DNA of 64,000 bases, taken from contig JACJYA010000017.1 in the NCBI GenBank assembly GCA_020636315.1, positions 4,762-68,761 of the forward strand. Reading direction: 5' to 3'. Origin of the DNA: Lewinellaceae bacterium. Lineage in GTDB: Bacteria > Bacteroidota > Bacteroidia > Chitinophagales > Saprospiraceae. The number at the start of each line of letters is the position of its first letter. The first letter of the stretch is position 1. Both the position numbers and the translations under genes were made by a program. Below the pieces are notes generated by a model. It saw only the letters and a list, made by a program, of their open reading frames with translations. It was not told the origin of the DNA and did no database searches. Below, piece after piece: positions 45,304-54,032 of this stretch.

Positions 45304-45311
45304 AACTATTG

Positions 45312-46790
45312 TTACCCCACCCCCTCCTTCGCCAATCGCAGAAACGCTTCGGCCAAAGCATCATAGCTCGCTTCCACCTGGATACGCTTCCCCTTGATAG
45401 CCGCCTTCGGGCCCATATCCTCCTTCTTCTGCTCCATAATCCGGCCGGCCACTTCCTGCAATTCCGGCCTTTCACCGATCATTTCCTCAACTACTTCTCG
45501 GGCTTTGAGCCCATGGCCGGTGATGACCGCCACCACTTTATCTTTCGGGGCCAGGGTTCCTTCCTTCCGAAGCAGGCCGATGGCAGCCAGGGCCGTGTAG
45601 GAAGCCGGTTCCGGCAGAATGGCGTGTTCCAGAGCTTTTTCCCTTTCTTTCATTAAGAAATCAACCATCGCCTTCCTGATGTGATGGCGCTTGACCTCAA
45701 TTGCCGTACCACCGGATTGCAGGACGGCCTTGGCCGCCTGTATGGAATCATAGCCCTCTTCCGCCACAATGATGCTGCCGATGCGGGCGTCCGATTCTTC
45801 CAGCTTTTCGATATTGCCTTTCACGGGGCGGGTCGTTTCATTCTCCTGAACTGCTTTAAACACCGGGTTGGCATTTTCGATACCCACTGAAACCATCGCG
45901 GGCAGGTTCTCGGCCAATCCCAGTTCGTAAAGCTCTTTAAACCCTTTCCACATGCCGGCCAGGCAGCTGCCGTTAGCCGTGGGTACGATGACGTAATCGG
46001 GCGCCATCCAGTAAGGGCCATTGCCTGAAAGCTGTTTAACGACTTCCAGAGCAGTCGTCTTGTCTCCCTGTACCCGGTAGGGATTGCGGACGCTCCAGTT
46101 GTCATAGCCATTGCGGGTATAAATTCCCTTACTGTTGAGGCTGGAGAACAACCGGTAGCCTTCCTCGAAATTGGTGTTCTCCTCCCCGATCACGATGACG
46201 TCTGAACCGTGGTTGCGAATGTATTCGATCTTTTCTTCGTAAGTATCGCCGGCTACAAAGGTCAGCAGATGCAACCTGGAGTTCCGGGCAAACAGGGCAG
46301 CCGAGGCGGCGGCATTGCCCGAAGAATAAATAACGGCGTGCTCTGCCTTCTTCCGGCGGGCATTCAGCAGGCAAAGGAGGGTTTCCCGATCCTTGAAACA
46401 CCCGCTTGGGTTATCCCCTTCATTTTTGATATAGACCTCGCTCCCATAGCAGGCGCTAAGATGCCGGAGATGATACAAGGGGGTCAGGCCGGCCGTTTCC
46501 GGCGCACCCGGCCCTTGGGCGGCAAAGGGCAACAGCGCATACTGCAGAATGCCCTGTGAGCTGTCAAAATCATAATCCAGGAAAGATTGCCGGCCCCTCC
46601 GCTCATCCGCTTCATCGAGCTCAAATTCTATGCCCAGGGTGCGGTATTCTTTTTGCCAGGCCTCCCCCCGACAGTCGCAGGTGTAATTCCGGGTGGTATT
46701 CTCTTTTCCACAATGGAGGCATACCTTTCTGTACTTCACTGGCTTGTGAGGGGTTGTTTTCCCGCCCAAATTGGTTAGCGCGAAATTCAT
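45312..46790 (-). CDS. threonine-synthase-like PLP (fold type II) enzyme with N-terminal Cys4 zinc ribbon and C-terminal extension
   Basis: Start at MNFALT (ATG 46790). CLHCGKENTTRNYTCDC ribbon, PLP-lysine motif NPSGCFKDRE, SSGNAAAS, TGHGLK near the end of the core, then ~60 extra residues. Confidence 0.8.
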   Translation of the reverse strand: MNFALTNLGGKTTPHKPVKYRKVCLHCGKENTTRNYTCDCRGEAWQKEYRTLGIEFELDEADERRGRQSFLDYDFDSSQGILQYALLPFAAQGPGAPETAGLTPLYHLRHLSACYGSEVYIKNEGDNPSGCFKDRETLLCLLNARRKKAEHAVIYSSGNAAASAALFARNSRLHLLTFVAGDTYEEKIEYIRNHGSDVIVIGEENTNFEEGYRLFSSLNSKGIYTRNGYDNWSVRNPYRVQGDKTTALEVVKQLSGNGPYWMAPDYVIVPTANGSCLAGMWKGFKELYELGLAENLPAMVSVGIENANPVFKAVQENETTRPVKGNIEKLEESDARIGSIIVAEEGYDSIQAAKAVLQSGGTAIEVKRHHIRKAMVDFLMKEREKALEHAILPEPASYTALAAIGLLRKEGTLAPKDKVVAVITGHGLKAREVVEEMIGERPELQEVAGRIMEQKKEDMGPKAAIKGKRIQVEASYDALAEAFLRLAKEGVG

Positions 46791-46943
46791 ATTTAGTATA
46801 AAATATTGGCTTGTGCTTAAAATAATATTTTTGAAACCAAATAGAAATAAAATATTACTTCGTTTTTCAAACAAGCCACCTCCTCACACGAAACGGTAAG
46901 CCTCGCTCCCCCCTCTCACGAGCCTTTTGAAAGCCCCAAAGGC

Positions 46944-47762
46944 CTACCCTCCTTTGGGCGCCGCCGTCCACGTACCCGAACAATCGGTATTGCCAACGGT
47001 TGCTTCCCAATCTCCACCGGCTAGAGTTCCATTCCCTTCAAAACCGCCTCTTATTGTCATTGGCATGGATTCGGGGTCGAACGGGTCGGGGTTGAGGTCA
47101 GTCGAAAATTCAAACCGGCCATCGATGATGGCCCATCCGGGCTCGCTGCTCACGGTCATACTTCCGTTAAATGTACTGATCCCACAGGGCCAGCTGTCAA
47201 AATCAAGGAAAAACTGCGTGATGTACGTGGCATTCTCATTCACCTGGAACTCAAAAGTGCCGAATTCGGAAGTGGCGATCCAGGCTCCCGGCGCAATACT
47301 GCCCGGCATGACATCCAGGCTGATATTGAAGGTTACTTTTCCGGTTGAGGGTACTACGGCATTAGGCTGATTGGGTGGGTTGTCGAAAAAATCCCCTCCG
47401 TAAACTCCAATGTAGTCCCCCGGGCCGGGAGGGTTCCCGAATTCGTTGGCCACATAAACAATTGCATACAGATAGTACTTCCCCGCCGGGACATTTTCCA
47501 CGGAATAACTCACGGAAGCGCCCGGCCCACAGGCGCCCGATTCTATCAGCTTTGTGCCATTGTCGCCGTCGAGGTCATCATCAAAAATGACGGCCCAGGT
47601 GCTGCCGCCGGCTTCGGCCGGCAGGCTGAGGGTGCCGGAAACAGTAGCCGGCTCTTCGACAACCGGTTCTGAATTGTCTTTGCTGCAATCCGCCAGGAAC
47701 AGCCAGAAGAAACCGGCCAGGAGCAGGAACCATTTCGGATGCAGTGATGCGGAAGTTTTCAT
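46944..47762 (-). CDS. hypothetical secreted lipoprotein
   Basis: Signal plus lipobox FLADC. G/D/N-rich beta-type sequence. No family recognised. Confidence 0.6.
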   Translation of the reverse strand: MKTSASLHPKWFLLLAGFFWLFLADCSKDNSEPVVEEPATVSGTLSLPAEAGGSTWAVIFDDDLDGDNGTKLIESGACGPGASVSYSVENVPAGKYYLYAIVYVANEFGNPPGPGDYIGVYGGDFFDNPPNQPNAVVPSTGKVTFNISLDVMPGSIAPGAWIATSEFGTFEFQVNENATYITQFFLDFDSWPCGISTFNGSMTVSSEPGWAIIDGRFEFSTDLNPDPFDPESMPMTIRGGFEGNGTLAGGDWEATVGNTDCSGTWTAAPKGG

Positions 47763-47881
47763 ATCATCTGGTTTTGATTAGCATAGGTGGCGTCAAAAGG
47801 AGTGCAACAGGAAAAAAGTAAAGGGTAGGCAATACTTCTTTTTAAAGCATTCCCGAGTAAAAGTCAATGACGAAAATCAGT

Positions 47882-47889
47882 TACCTTTG
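47882..47889 (+). promoter_or_regulatory. Bacteroidota -7 promoter box for rfbC
   Basis: TACCTTTG, 26 nt upstream of ATG 47915. This argues against the longer ORF-track start. Confidence 0.5.
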
Positions 47890-47914
47890 CTGCCGAAAAA
47901 AGAAAAAGAACCCA

Positions 47915-48460
47915 ATGCCATTTATAGACACACCGATTGAAGGACTGAAAGTATTCCTCCCCAACGTATTTGAGGACGAACGCGGCTACTTCTTCGAAGC
48001 CTTCAACCAGAACATCTTCGAACAGGGCGGCATCATCGCCAATTTTGTACAGGACAATCAGGCGCGTTCTACTTTTGGCGTGCTGCGCGGACTGCACTAC
48101 CAGGTGGAACCCTATGCCCAGGCCAAGCTCGTGCGGGTACTGCAGGGCGAAGTGCTGGACATCGCCGTTGACATCCGGGAGGGTTCGCCTACCTACGGCG
48201 AGTCGTACAGCCTGGTGCTCAGTGCTGAGAACAAACGCCAACTGTTCATCCCCCGAGGCTTCGCCCACGGCTATGTCGTGCTCAGCGAAACGGCCGAATT
48301 TTTCTACAAGTGCGATAACTATTATTCCAAAGAACACGAGGGCGGCATCCGATATAACGACCCCACGCTGAATATCGACTGGGAGATCCCGTTCAAAGAC
48401 GCTATTCTCTCTGAAAAAGACCAGAACCTTCCGCTTTTTGGAAATCACAGGAGGGAGTGA
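47915..48460 (+). CDS. rfbC: dTDP-4-dehydrorhamnose 3,5-epimerase
   Basis: Start at MPFIDTPIEGL, 26 nt downstream of a TACCTTTG box. Motifs FEDERGYFFE and GVLRGLHYQ. Confidence 0.9.
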   Translation: MPFIDTPIEGLKVFLPNVFEDERGYFFEAFNQNIFEQGGIIANFVQDNQARSTFGVLRGLHYQVEPYAQAKLVRVLQGEVLDIAVDIREGSPTYGESYSLVLSAENKRQLFIPRGFAHGYVVLSETAEFFYKCDNYYSKEHEGGIRYNDPTLNIDWEIPFKDAILSEKDQNLPLFGNHRRE

Positions 48461-48528
48461 GGGGCGGAGGGCCGGCCCGTCTTCGTTTAGGCTCAGCCAG
48501 GTGAAATTGTTGGATTGTTATATTGTTA

Positions 48529-48772
48529 TGCGAATCCAGGGCTAAAACGTCCTGTAGGGACGACATATCGGAAGACGTGGCCCCGAGTTAGGGACGACCC
48601 GTGCCGTAGGTACGGGACATAGCGATCAGGCCAACGCCGATGTGCCGTACCTACGGCACGGAGGTTCATTTTTCACCATTTTTTTACCGATATTTTGTAC
48701 CTAACGGCACAATATCTAAGTATCCGGCCGGCGCCGGTAGTCAAATCGCCCCCATTTAGCTCTGGATTCGCA
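48529..48772 (+). mobile_element. 244-bp hairpin-rich MITE, copy B
   Basis: Same length and orientation as copy A, with a single difference (G instead of A at element position 12). Flanks are TATTGTTA / TATTGTTG. Confidence 0.75.
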
Positions 48773-48873
48773 TATTGTTGTATTGTTATATTGTTGGATT
48801 GTTATATGGCTAGATGGTTGGTGGCGGCCTGTCGGGGTTGAGGAGGTTAGGCTTTCCGGGGTTTAGGGCTGGT

Positions 48874-48951
48874 GGGGTGCTGTTCAAAGTTTCTGGGTTT
48901 CTGGAAACCAGCGGGTTAGCGTAAGGCAGACACACTTAGTTGAACAATCCC
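48874..48951 (+). repeat. REP/MITE-like element
   Basis: GGGGTGCTGTTCAAAGTTTCTGGGTTTCTGGAAACCAGCGGGTTAGCGTAAGGCAGACACACTTAGTTGAACAATCCC. Confidence 0.7.
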
Positions 48952-49078
48952 ACACCGAACACCGAATTACCCCATGGTTGCACAACGGCATTGACAAAAA
49001 TCATTGCCCGGGTGGCTATTGAGTTGTATTTCCTGGTTTTAAGCCTTCCGCAAGGGAATGCCGTAATTCAACCTCGAA

Positions 49079-49804
49079 ATGCAAAAGTTTTTTCGCAGTA
49101 TTCGCCGGAGAGTTCTGGCTGAAAACAAACTACAAAAGTATCTGCTCTATGCCACCGGCGAGATCCTTCTGGTGGTGATCGGCATTCTTATCGCCCTCCA
49201 GATCAACAACTGGAATACCCGGAGGATCGAAGGGAAAGAAGCACAAAAATCCTACCGGAATATCCGCCGGCAGGTTCTCGATGACCAGGCCGAGTTAACC
49301 AAAGTCAAAGGCTTCAACAACTTTTTCTCCGCCCGGTACGCCTATGCCAATCAGATCATTGCGGCAAAAGACCACAGCAAAACAGACACCCTCGCCCTTC
49401 TGGCCATGGGCCTGTCTCAGTATTCCGATTTCCACCGCAGCGGGCACATCTATGAGACGCTGGTGAATAGCGGAGAATGGAGGCTACTCAAGAATTCAGC
49501 CATCACGAGCAGGTTGCAGCAACTGGAAATGACTTACAACCATGTGAATAAGCTGGAAGACATCCACTGGGAGGTCATCATCAATGAACTTTCCCCTGCC
49601 CTGCGGGGCGTAATTGACTACTCCACCATAAAAGCGGTCAGGCCGGAACAGCTTTATTCGGTTGAAATGCAGAATATCGTTATCGAGAGCATTTTCCTGA
49701 CGAGAGGAAAGGATTCGATTTACAACCGGGCCCTGGAGGAGATCAGAACCGTCGTGGAGTTGATCGACGAAGAGCTGGGCATCGAACAGGATCAGGAACA
49801 TTAA
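49079..49804 (+). CDS. N-terminally anchored hypothetical protein (DUF6090-like)
   Basis: The N-terminus KYLLYATGEILLVVIGILIALQINNWN is characteristic of a Bacteroidota-wide family. The Pfam name is from memory. Confidence 0.6.
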   Translation: MQKFFRSIRRRVLAENKLQKYLLYATGEILLVVIGILIALQINNWNTRRIEGKEAQKSYRNIRRQVLDDQAELTKVKGFNNFFSARYAYANQIIAAKDHSKTDTLALLAMGLSQYSDFHRSGHIYETLVNSGEWRLLKNSAITSRLQQLEMTYNHVNKLEDIHWEVIINELSPALRGVIDYSTIKAVRPEQLYSVEMQNIVIESIFLTRGKDSIYNRALEEIRTVVELIDEELGIEQDQEH

Positions 49805-49829
49805 TTTACCAACCCAGATAATCAAGATC

Positions 49830-50648
49830 ATGGAAACCCTTCCACAAGACGCCAGAAAAGTGTTTAAGGAACTGGGCACCTGCTCCCGCACTTTCTTTTA
49901 TTTCCTGAACCGCGAATTCGGCCATACCACCGAAACCGAAGAACGCGCCGCCGACCCGCTGGCGGGCGGGATCATACAAAAAGGCCATCAGTGCGGTATG
50001 CTTTGGGGGGCTGCCCTGGCCGTAGGCGCGGAGGCTTACCGGCGGGCTGAAGACAGCAACGAGGCTATTGCTTTGGCCATAACGGCTACCCGATACCTCA
50101 TCGATTCTTTTTCACAAAAGACGGGCACGGCTAATTGCCGGGAGATAACGGGCACCGACTTTTCCAGTAAGCTCCAGATGCTGCGGTACATGTTTTTCCG
50201 AACCAACCGCTGTTTCGGCCTGGCGGAAAAATGGGGCCCGGAAGCGGTGCAGGCAGCTATTGAGGGGTTGGAAAGGAGTCAGGAGGAAATGCCGTCTGAG
50301 GCCATAAGTTGCGCTTCCGAAACCGTCAGGAAAATGGGAGGCAGTGAAGAGGAAGCCTCAATGGCAGCCGGCTTTGCCGGCGGGCTGGGCCTGAGCGGCA
50401 ACGGCTGCGGCGCCCTTGCCGCTGCAATATGGATGAAGGCGCTCGCCTGGGCCAGGGAAAACCCCGGTAAATCTCCATTCTTTAACCCCGATTCTAAAAA
50501 AACCTTAGAGGCCTTCGAGGAAGTAATGGGGCCTGAAATGCGGTGCAGTGATATATGCGGCCGGCGCTTTGAAACGGTGGCGGAACACACGGAGTTTTTG
50601 AAAAACGGAGGGTGCGCCCGGCTGATCGAAATGCTGGCGAAAGTTTGA
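49830..50648 (+). CDS. C_GCAxxG_C_C-family putative redox protein
   Basis: Conserved Cys pattern (HQCGMLWG, NCREITG, GNGCGALAAA, CSDICG, GGCARL). Confidence 0.6.
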   Translation: METLPQDARKVFKELGTCSRTFFYFLNREFGHTTETEERAADPLAGGIIQKGHQCGMLWGAALAVGAEAYRRAEDSNEAIALAITATRYLIDSFSQKTGTANCREITGTDFSSKLQMLRYMFFRTNRCFGLAEKWGPEAVQAAIEGLERSQEEMPSEAISCASETVRKMGGSEEEASMAAGFAGGLGLSGNGCGALAAAIWMKALAWARENPGKSPFFNPDSKKTLEAFEEVMGPEMRCSDICGRRFETVAEHTEFLKNGGCARLIEMLAKV

Positions 50649-50871
50649 TGTTATGGTTTACATATGGGCGCTACTCTCATTGGCGGCTAAATGATCGGGA
50701 TTAGCCGTACAAATACTCCAAACTGTTTTCTAGGAAAAATCGTAAATTAGCTTTGAGATTAGCCCAGAATTTTCTGAATGGATATGGCCATAAACCATTG
50801 GGTATAAACTGGGAAACCATACAGAATAAAAATGCGTTGATGAACTGTAGGATGCTTAAAATACGAAAATT

Positions 50872-51108
50872 ATGACCATAGAAATCTCAGATAAAATTCT
50901 CAATAAAACAGGTTTAACTGCTGAAGAAATTAAGTTAAGGCTGGCAATTCTCTTATTTCAGGAAGAGAAATTAACTCTTGCACAAGCCAGTAAGTTTGCG
51001 GGCATACATCAAATTCAATTTCAAAAGGAATTAGCTAAAAGAGATATTCCTATTCACTATGGAATTGACGAGTTTAAAAGAGATATAGAAACAATCAAGC
51101 GGTTCTGA
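50872..51108 (+). CDS. UPF0175-family antitoxin
   Basis: 78 aa. LAILLFQEEKLTLAQASKFAGI matches the UPF0175 pattern. It lies directly upstream of a DUF3368 gene in an AT-rich stretch. Confidence 0.7.
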   Translation: MTIEISDKILNKTGLTAEEIKLRLAILLFQEEKLTLAQASKFAGIHQIQFQKELAKRDIPIHYGIDEFKRDIETIKRF

Positions 51109-51110
51109 CG

Positions 51111-51599
51111 GTGGTAGTAGTTTGCGATACTTCTCCGATAGCTAATCTGATAGTAATTCAAAGGCTTGGCCTATTGTACCAGGTCTTCCATAAAGTACTT
51201 ATCCCTCCATCCGTTAACAGTGAGATTGAGGCCCTACAGGAGTTTAAAATTGATTTAACTTCATTTTTATCCAGTGATTGGATCGAAATAAAGTCTCCAT
51301 CCAATTTGGAAGAAGTAAAGAAATATATGGTGGATTTAGATGAAGGAGAATCGGAAGCCATATCTTTGGCCAAAGAATTTAGTGCCGATTTCCTTCTCAT
51401 TGATGAGAGAGCAGGAACCAACAAGGCCCTTGAGGAAGGCTTGACAACCATTGGATTAGTTGGCGTCCTGATGAAATCCAAAGAATTGGGGTTTATTGAA
51501 AAAATTGAACCCATATTATATCAACTAAAAGAAGAAGCCGGCTTCTGGCTTGGAAAGAAGTTATTGGACTCTGTGCTCAAAGAAGCCGGGGAAAGATAA
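51111..51599 (+). CDS. DUF3368 (PIN-like) toxin
   Basis: GTG start 2 nt after the antitoxin stop. VCDTSPI...DEGESEAISLA...LLIDERAG...GLVGVL matches the DUF3368/PIN-like pattern. Confidence 0.7.
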   Translation: MVVVCDTSPIANLIVIQRLGLLYQVFHKVLIPPSVNSEIEALQEFKIDLTSFLSSDWIEIKSPSNLEEVKKYMVDLDEGESEAISLAKEFSADFLLIDERAGTNKALEEGLTTIGLVGVLMKSKELGFIEKIEPILYQLKEEAGFWLGKKLLDSVLKEAGER

Positions 51600-51629
51600 G
51601 AGAACATAACATCACCAAAACCAAAACCA

Positions 51630-52178
51630 ATGTTTATCCTACTCGCAGTCGCCGTCATTCTGGGTATCTGGGCCGTCACGGCCTACAACAAAGGCGTCAA
51701 ACTCCGCAACCAGGTGGAAGAAGCCTGGAGCGGTATCTCCGTGCAGCTCAAGCGCCGCTACGACCTCATTCCCAACCTCGTCAACACCGTCAAGGGCTAC
51801 GCACAGCACGAGCAGGAGACCCTGGAGAAGGTGATCAACCTGCGCAACCGGGCACAGGCCGTACCCGATACCGACCACGCCGGCCAGGCGCAGGCCGAAC
51901 AGGCGCTTTCTGCCGGCATTCGCGGCATCTTCGCCCTGGCCGAGAACTATCCGGAGCTCAAGGCCAACGAGAACTTCCGGGAGCTGCAACGCTCCCTTGC
52001 CGACATCGAGGATCACATCCAGAATGCCCGCCGGTACTACAACGCCGTCGTGCGCGACAACAACAACTATGTAGAGACTTTCCCTACCATGGTTATCGCC
52101 CAGATGGGCGGCTTTACCCCCTATTCTTATTTTGAGATCGACGATCAGGAGCGGCAGAATGTGAAGGTGGAATTTTGA
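51630..52178 (+). CDS. lemA: LemA family protein
   Basis: N-terminal TM segment followed by YNKGVKLRNQVEEAWSGISVQLKRRYDLIPNLV, the canonical LemA pattern. Confidence 0.85.
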   Translation: MFILLAVAVILGIWAVTAYNKGVKLRNQVEEAWSGISVQLKRRYDLIPNLVNTVKGYAQHEQETLEKVINLRNRAQAVPDTDHAGQAQAEQALSAGIRGIFALAENYPELKANENFRELQRSLADIEDHIQNARRYYNAVVRDNNNYVETFPTMVIAQMGGFTPYSYFEIDDQERQNVKVEF

Positions 52179-52192
52179 CACCGGAACCATCT

Positions 52193-52241
52193 CAACCTGC
52201 CGGGTTTCAATGAAGCCTTTTTGAGTAAACCCGGCAGGTTG
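52193..52241 (+). repeat. intercistronic hairpin (CTGCCGGGTT/AACCCGGCAG family), lemA-DUF2207
   Basis: CAACCTGCCGGGTTT (52193-52207) pairs with AAACCCGGCAGGTTG (52227-52241). Confidence 0.65.
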
Positions 52242-52270
52242 GAGTTAAAATTTAAGGAGCATAGAACCTG

Positions 52271-53917
52271 ATGTTTAAATACATACTCACTTTTTCCTTA
52301 CTACTCCTTTCCCGGGCGCCCGCCCTGGCCGAATACTTCGTTATCGATAAATTCGATATCAGTATCCGCATTGATGAAAGCGGCTACTTCGAGGTGACGG
52401 AGGCCATTGACGTCACCTTTTCCGAGCCCCGGCACGGCATTTACCGCATCATCCCGTACCGCTACCGGAAGGATGGAAAGAAATACGACATCAGCCTTTA
52501 CGACATCTCCGTCAAAGGCTGGAAATTCAAGCGCAATCGGGAAAGCGGCAACCTGCGCATCCGCATTGGCGACCCCGATAAGTACGTGGAGGGCCAACAG
52601 CACTACGTCATTTCCTACAAGGTAGAAAGGGCCTGGCTTTTCGAAGAAGACTACACCGAGTTCTACTGGAACCTCACCGGTAACCAGTGGGAGGTTCCCA
52701 TAAATAATGTCACCTTCCGGATACAACTGCCGGATGGGCAAAACCTCAGCCCGGATGATTACCAGGTATTTACCGGCTATTCCGGGCAGCAGGGCAGTGA
52801 CGCTGAAATCCGGTGGGCCGATGGCGCCCTTTCCGGGCGTTCCACCCGCCCCTTTGCCCCCGGTGAAGGGCTGACGGTGGCCATCCGCCTGCCCGCCACC
52901 CTGATCAGCCGGCCCTCTGCTTTCGAAAATTTTATGCATGATTATGGATTACTGGGGATTCCGGCGGCCATACTCGGCCTGCTGGGCTGGTTTTTCTTCC
53001 GCTTCGGGCGCGACGAACCTTTCGTCAAAATGGTGCACTACTATCCGCCGGAAGGATTGCCTCCCGCCGAGGCTGGCGCTTTTATCGATGATAAGACGGA
53101 CAACCGGGACATCATTTCCCTCCTCCCCTACTGGGGCGGGCAGGGGTACCTGAAGATCCGTGAAGTGGAAGTGGAAAAGCTTTTCGGCCTGTACTCCTCA
53201 ACGGATTTTGAATTCAACAAGGTAGAGGACCTGCCCACCGGCCGCCCCGCCTACGAATACACCATCTTCAGACGCCTGTTCCGCGACGGGGATACGGTGC
53301 GGATCAGCGACCTGAAAGAGCAATTCCACACGGCGATGGATTTGGCCCGAAAGCGGATAGATCGTACGGTGAGACGCCGCCAGCTGCACACGCCCCAATC
53401 CCGAATGGTATGGAGGGCACTGCCGGTTGTCGCTGTGGTGTGTGCCGGCCTTGCTTTTTTCCTTTTGCTGTGGGATCACCGCATCCTCGGCGTTGGCATG
53501 GGCGTGGTGGCCCTGGCCGCCTTCTTACTCCGCCGCCCCATGCTGAAAAAAAATAAGAAGGGCATGGAACTGTACCGGCAGCTCTATGGCTTCCGTATGT
53601 TTGTGGATAAGGCGGACCGGCCCCGTATCGAACGGCTTTTAGCGGACGACCCTGCCTATTTTGAAAAAACGCTGCCCTTTGCCATCGCCTTCGGCATGGC
53701 GGGGGAGTGGGCCGCCAACTTCGAAGGGTTATTCACCGAACCTCCCCGCTGGTACATCGGTTCTGGCCGCCACGGCAATTCCTTCCAGTCTTTCGCCAGC
53801 TCTTTCGAGTCCGGTATGCAGGACGTGCAGAGTGCTTTTTCCAGTACTCCCGGTGGTTCCTCCGGAGGGGGGAGTTCGGGCGGCGGGTTTGGCGGCGGCG
53901 GCGGAGGAAGCTGGTAA
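52271..53917 (+). CDS. DUF2207 membrane protein
   Basis: Signal peptide, extracellular domain, TM segments and a Gly/Ser-rich tail GGSSGGGSSGGGFGGGGGGSW. This is the usual partner of LemA. Confidence 0.8.
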   Translation: MFKYILTFSLLLLSRAPALAEYFVIDKFDISIRIDESGYFEVTEAIDVTFSEPRHGIYRIIPYRYRKDGKKYDISLYDISVKGWKFKRNRESGNLRIRIGDPDKYVEGQQHYVISYKVERAWLFEEDYTEFYWNLTGNQWEVPINNVTFRIQLPDGQNLSPDDYQVFTGYSGQQGSDAEIRWADGALSGRSTRPFAPGEGLTVAIRLPATLISRPSAFENFMHDYGLLGIPAAILGLLGWFFFRFGRDEPFVKMVHYYPPEGLPPAEAGAFIDDKTDNRDIISLLPYWGGQGYLKIREVEVEKLFGLYSSTDFEFNKVEDLPTGRPAYEYTIFRRLFRDGDTVRISDLKEQFHTAMDLARKRIDRTVRRRQLHTPQSRMVWRALPVVAVVCAGLAFFLLLWDHRILGVGMGVVALAAFLLRRPMLKKNKKGMELYRQLYGFRMFVDKADRPRIERLLADDPAYFEKTLPFAIAFGMAGEWAANFEGLFTEPPRWYIGSGRHGNSFQSFASSFESGMQDVQSAFSSTPGGSSGGGSSGGGFGGGGGGSW

Positions 53918-54032
53918 GGCCATTTTTCTCCGGCCTCTCAGGTTAATTTATCGTTATGTTTACCCGGTTTTCCGCCTTTCGCCCGGAATGTTCCCCTCAA
54001 TGTCCCTAAATTGAGCCTGGAAAAAGAGACGC

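Noticed and set aside
53840-53917. Gly/Ser-rich repetitive coding sequence at the end of the DUF2207 gene.
   Set aside because: This is a typical low-complexity tail of the family, not an independent DNA repeat element.
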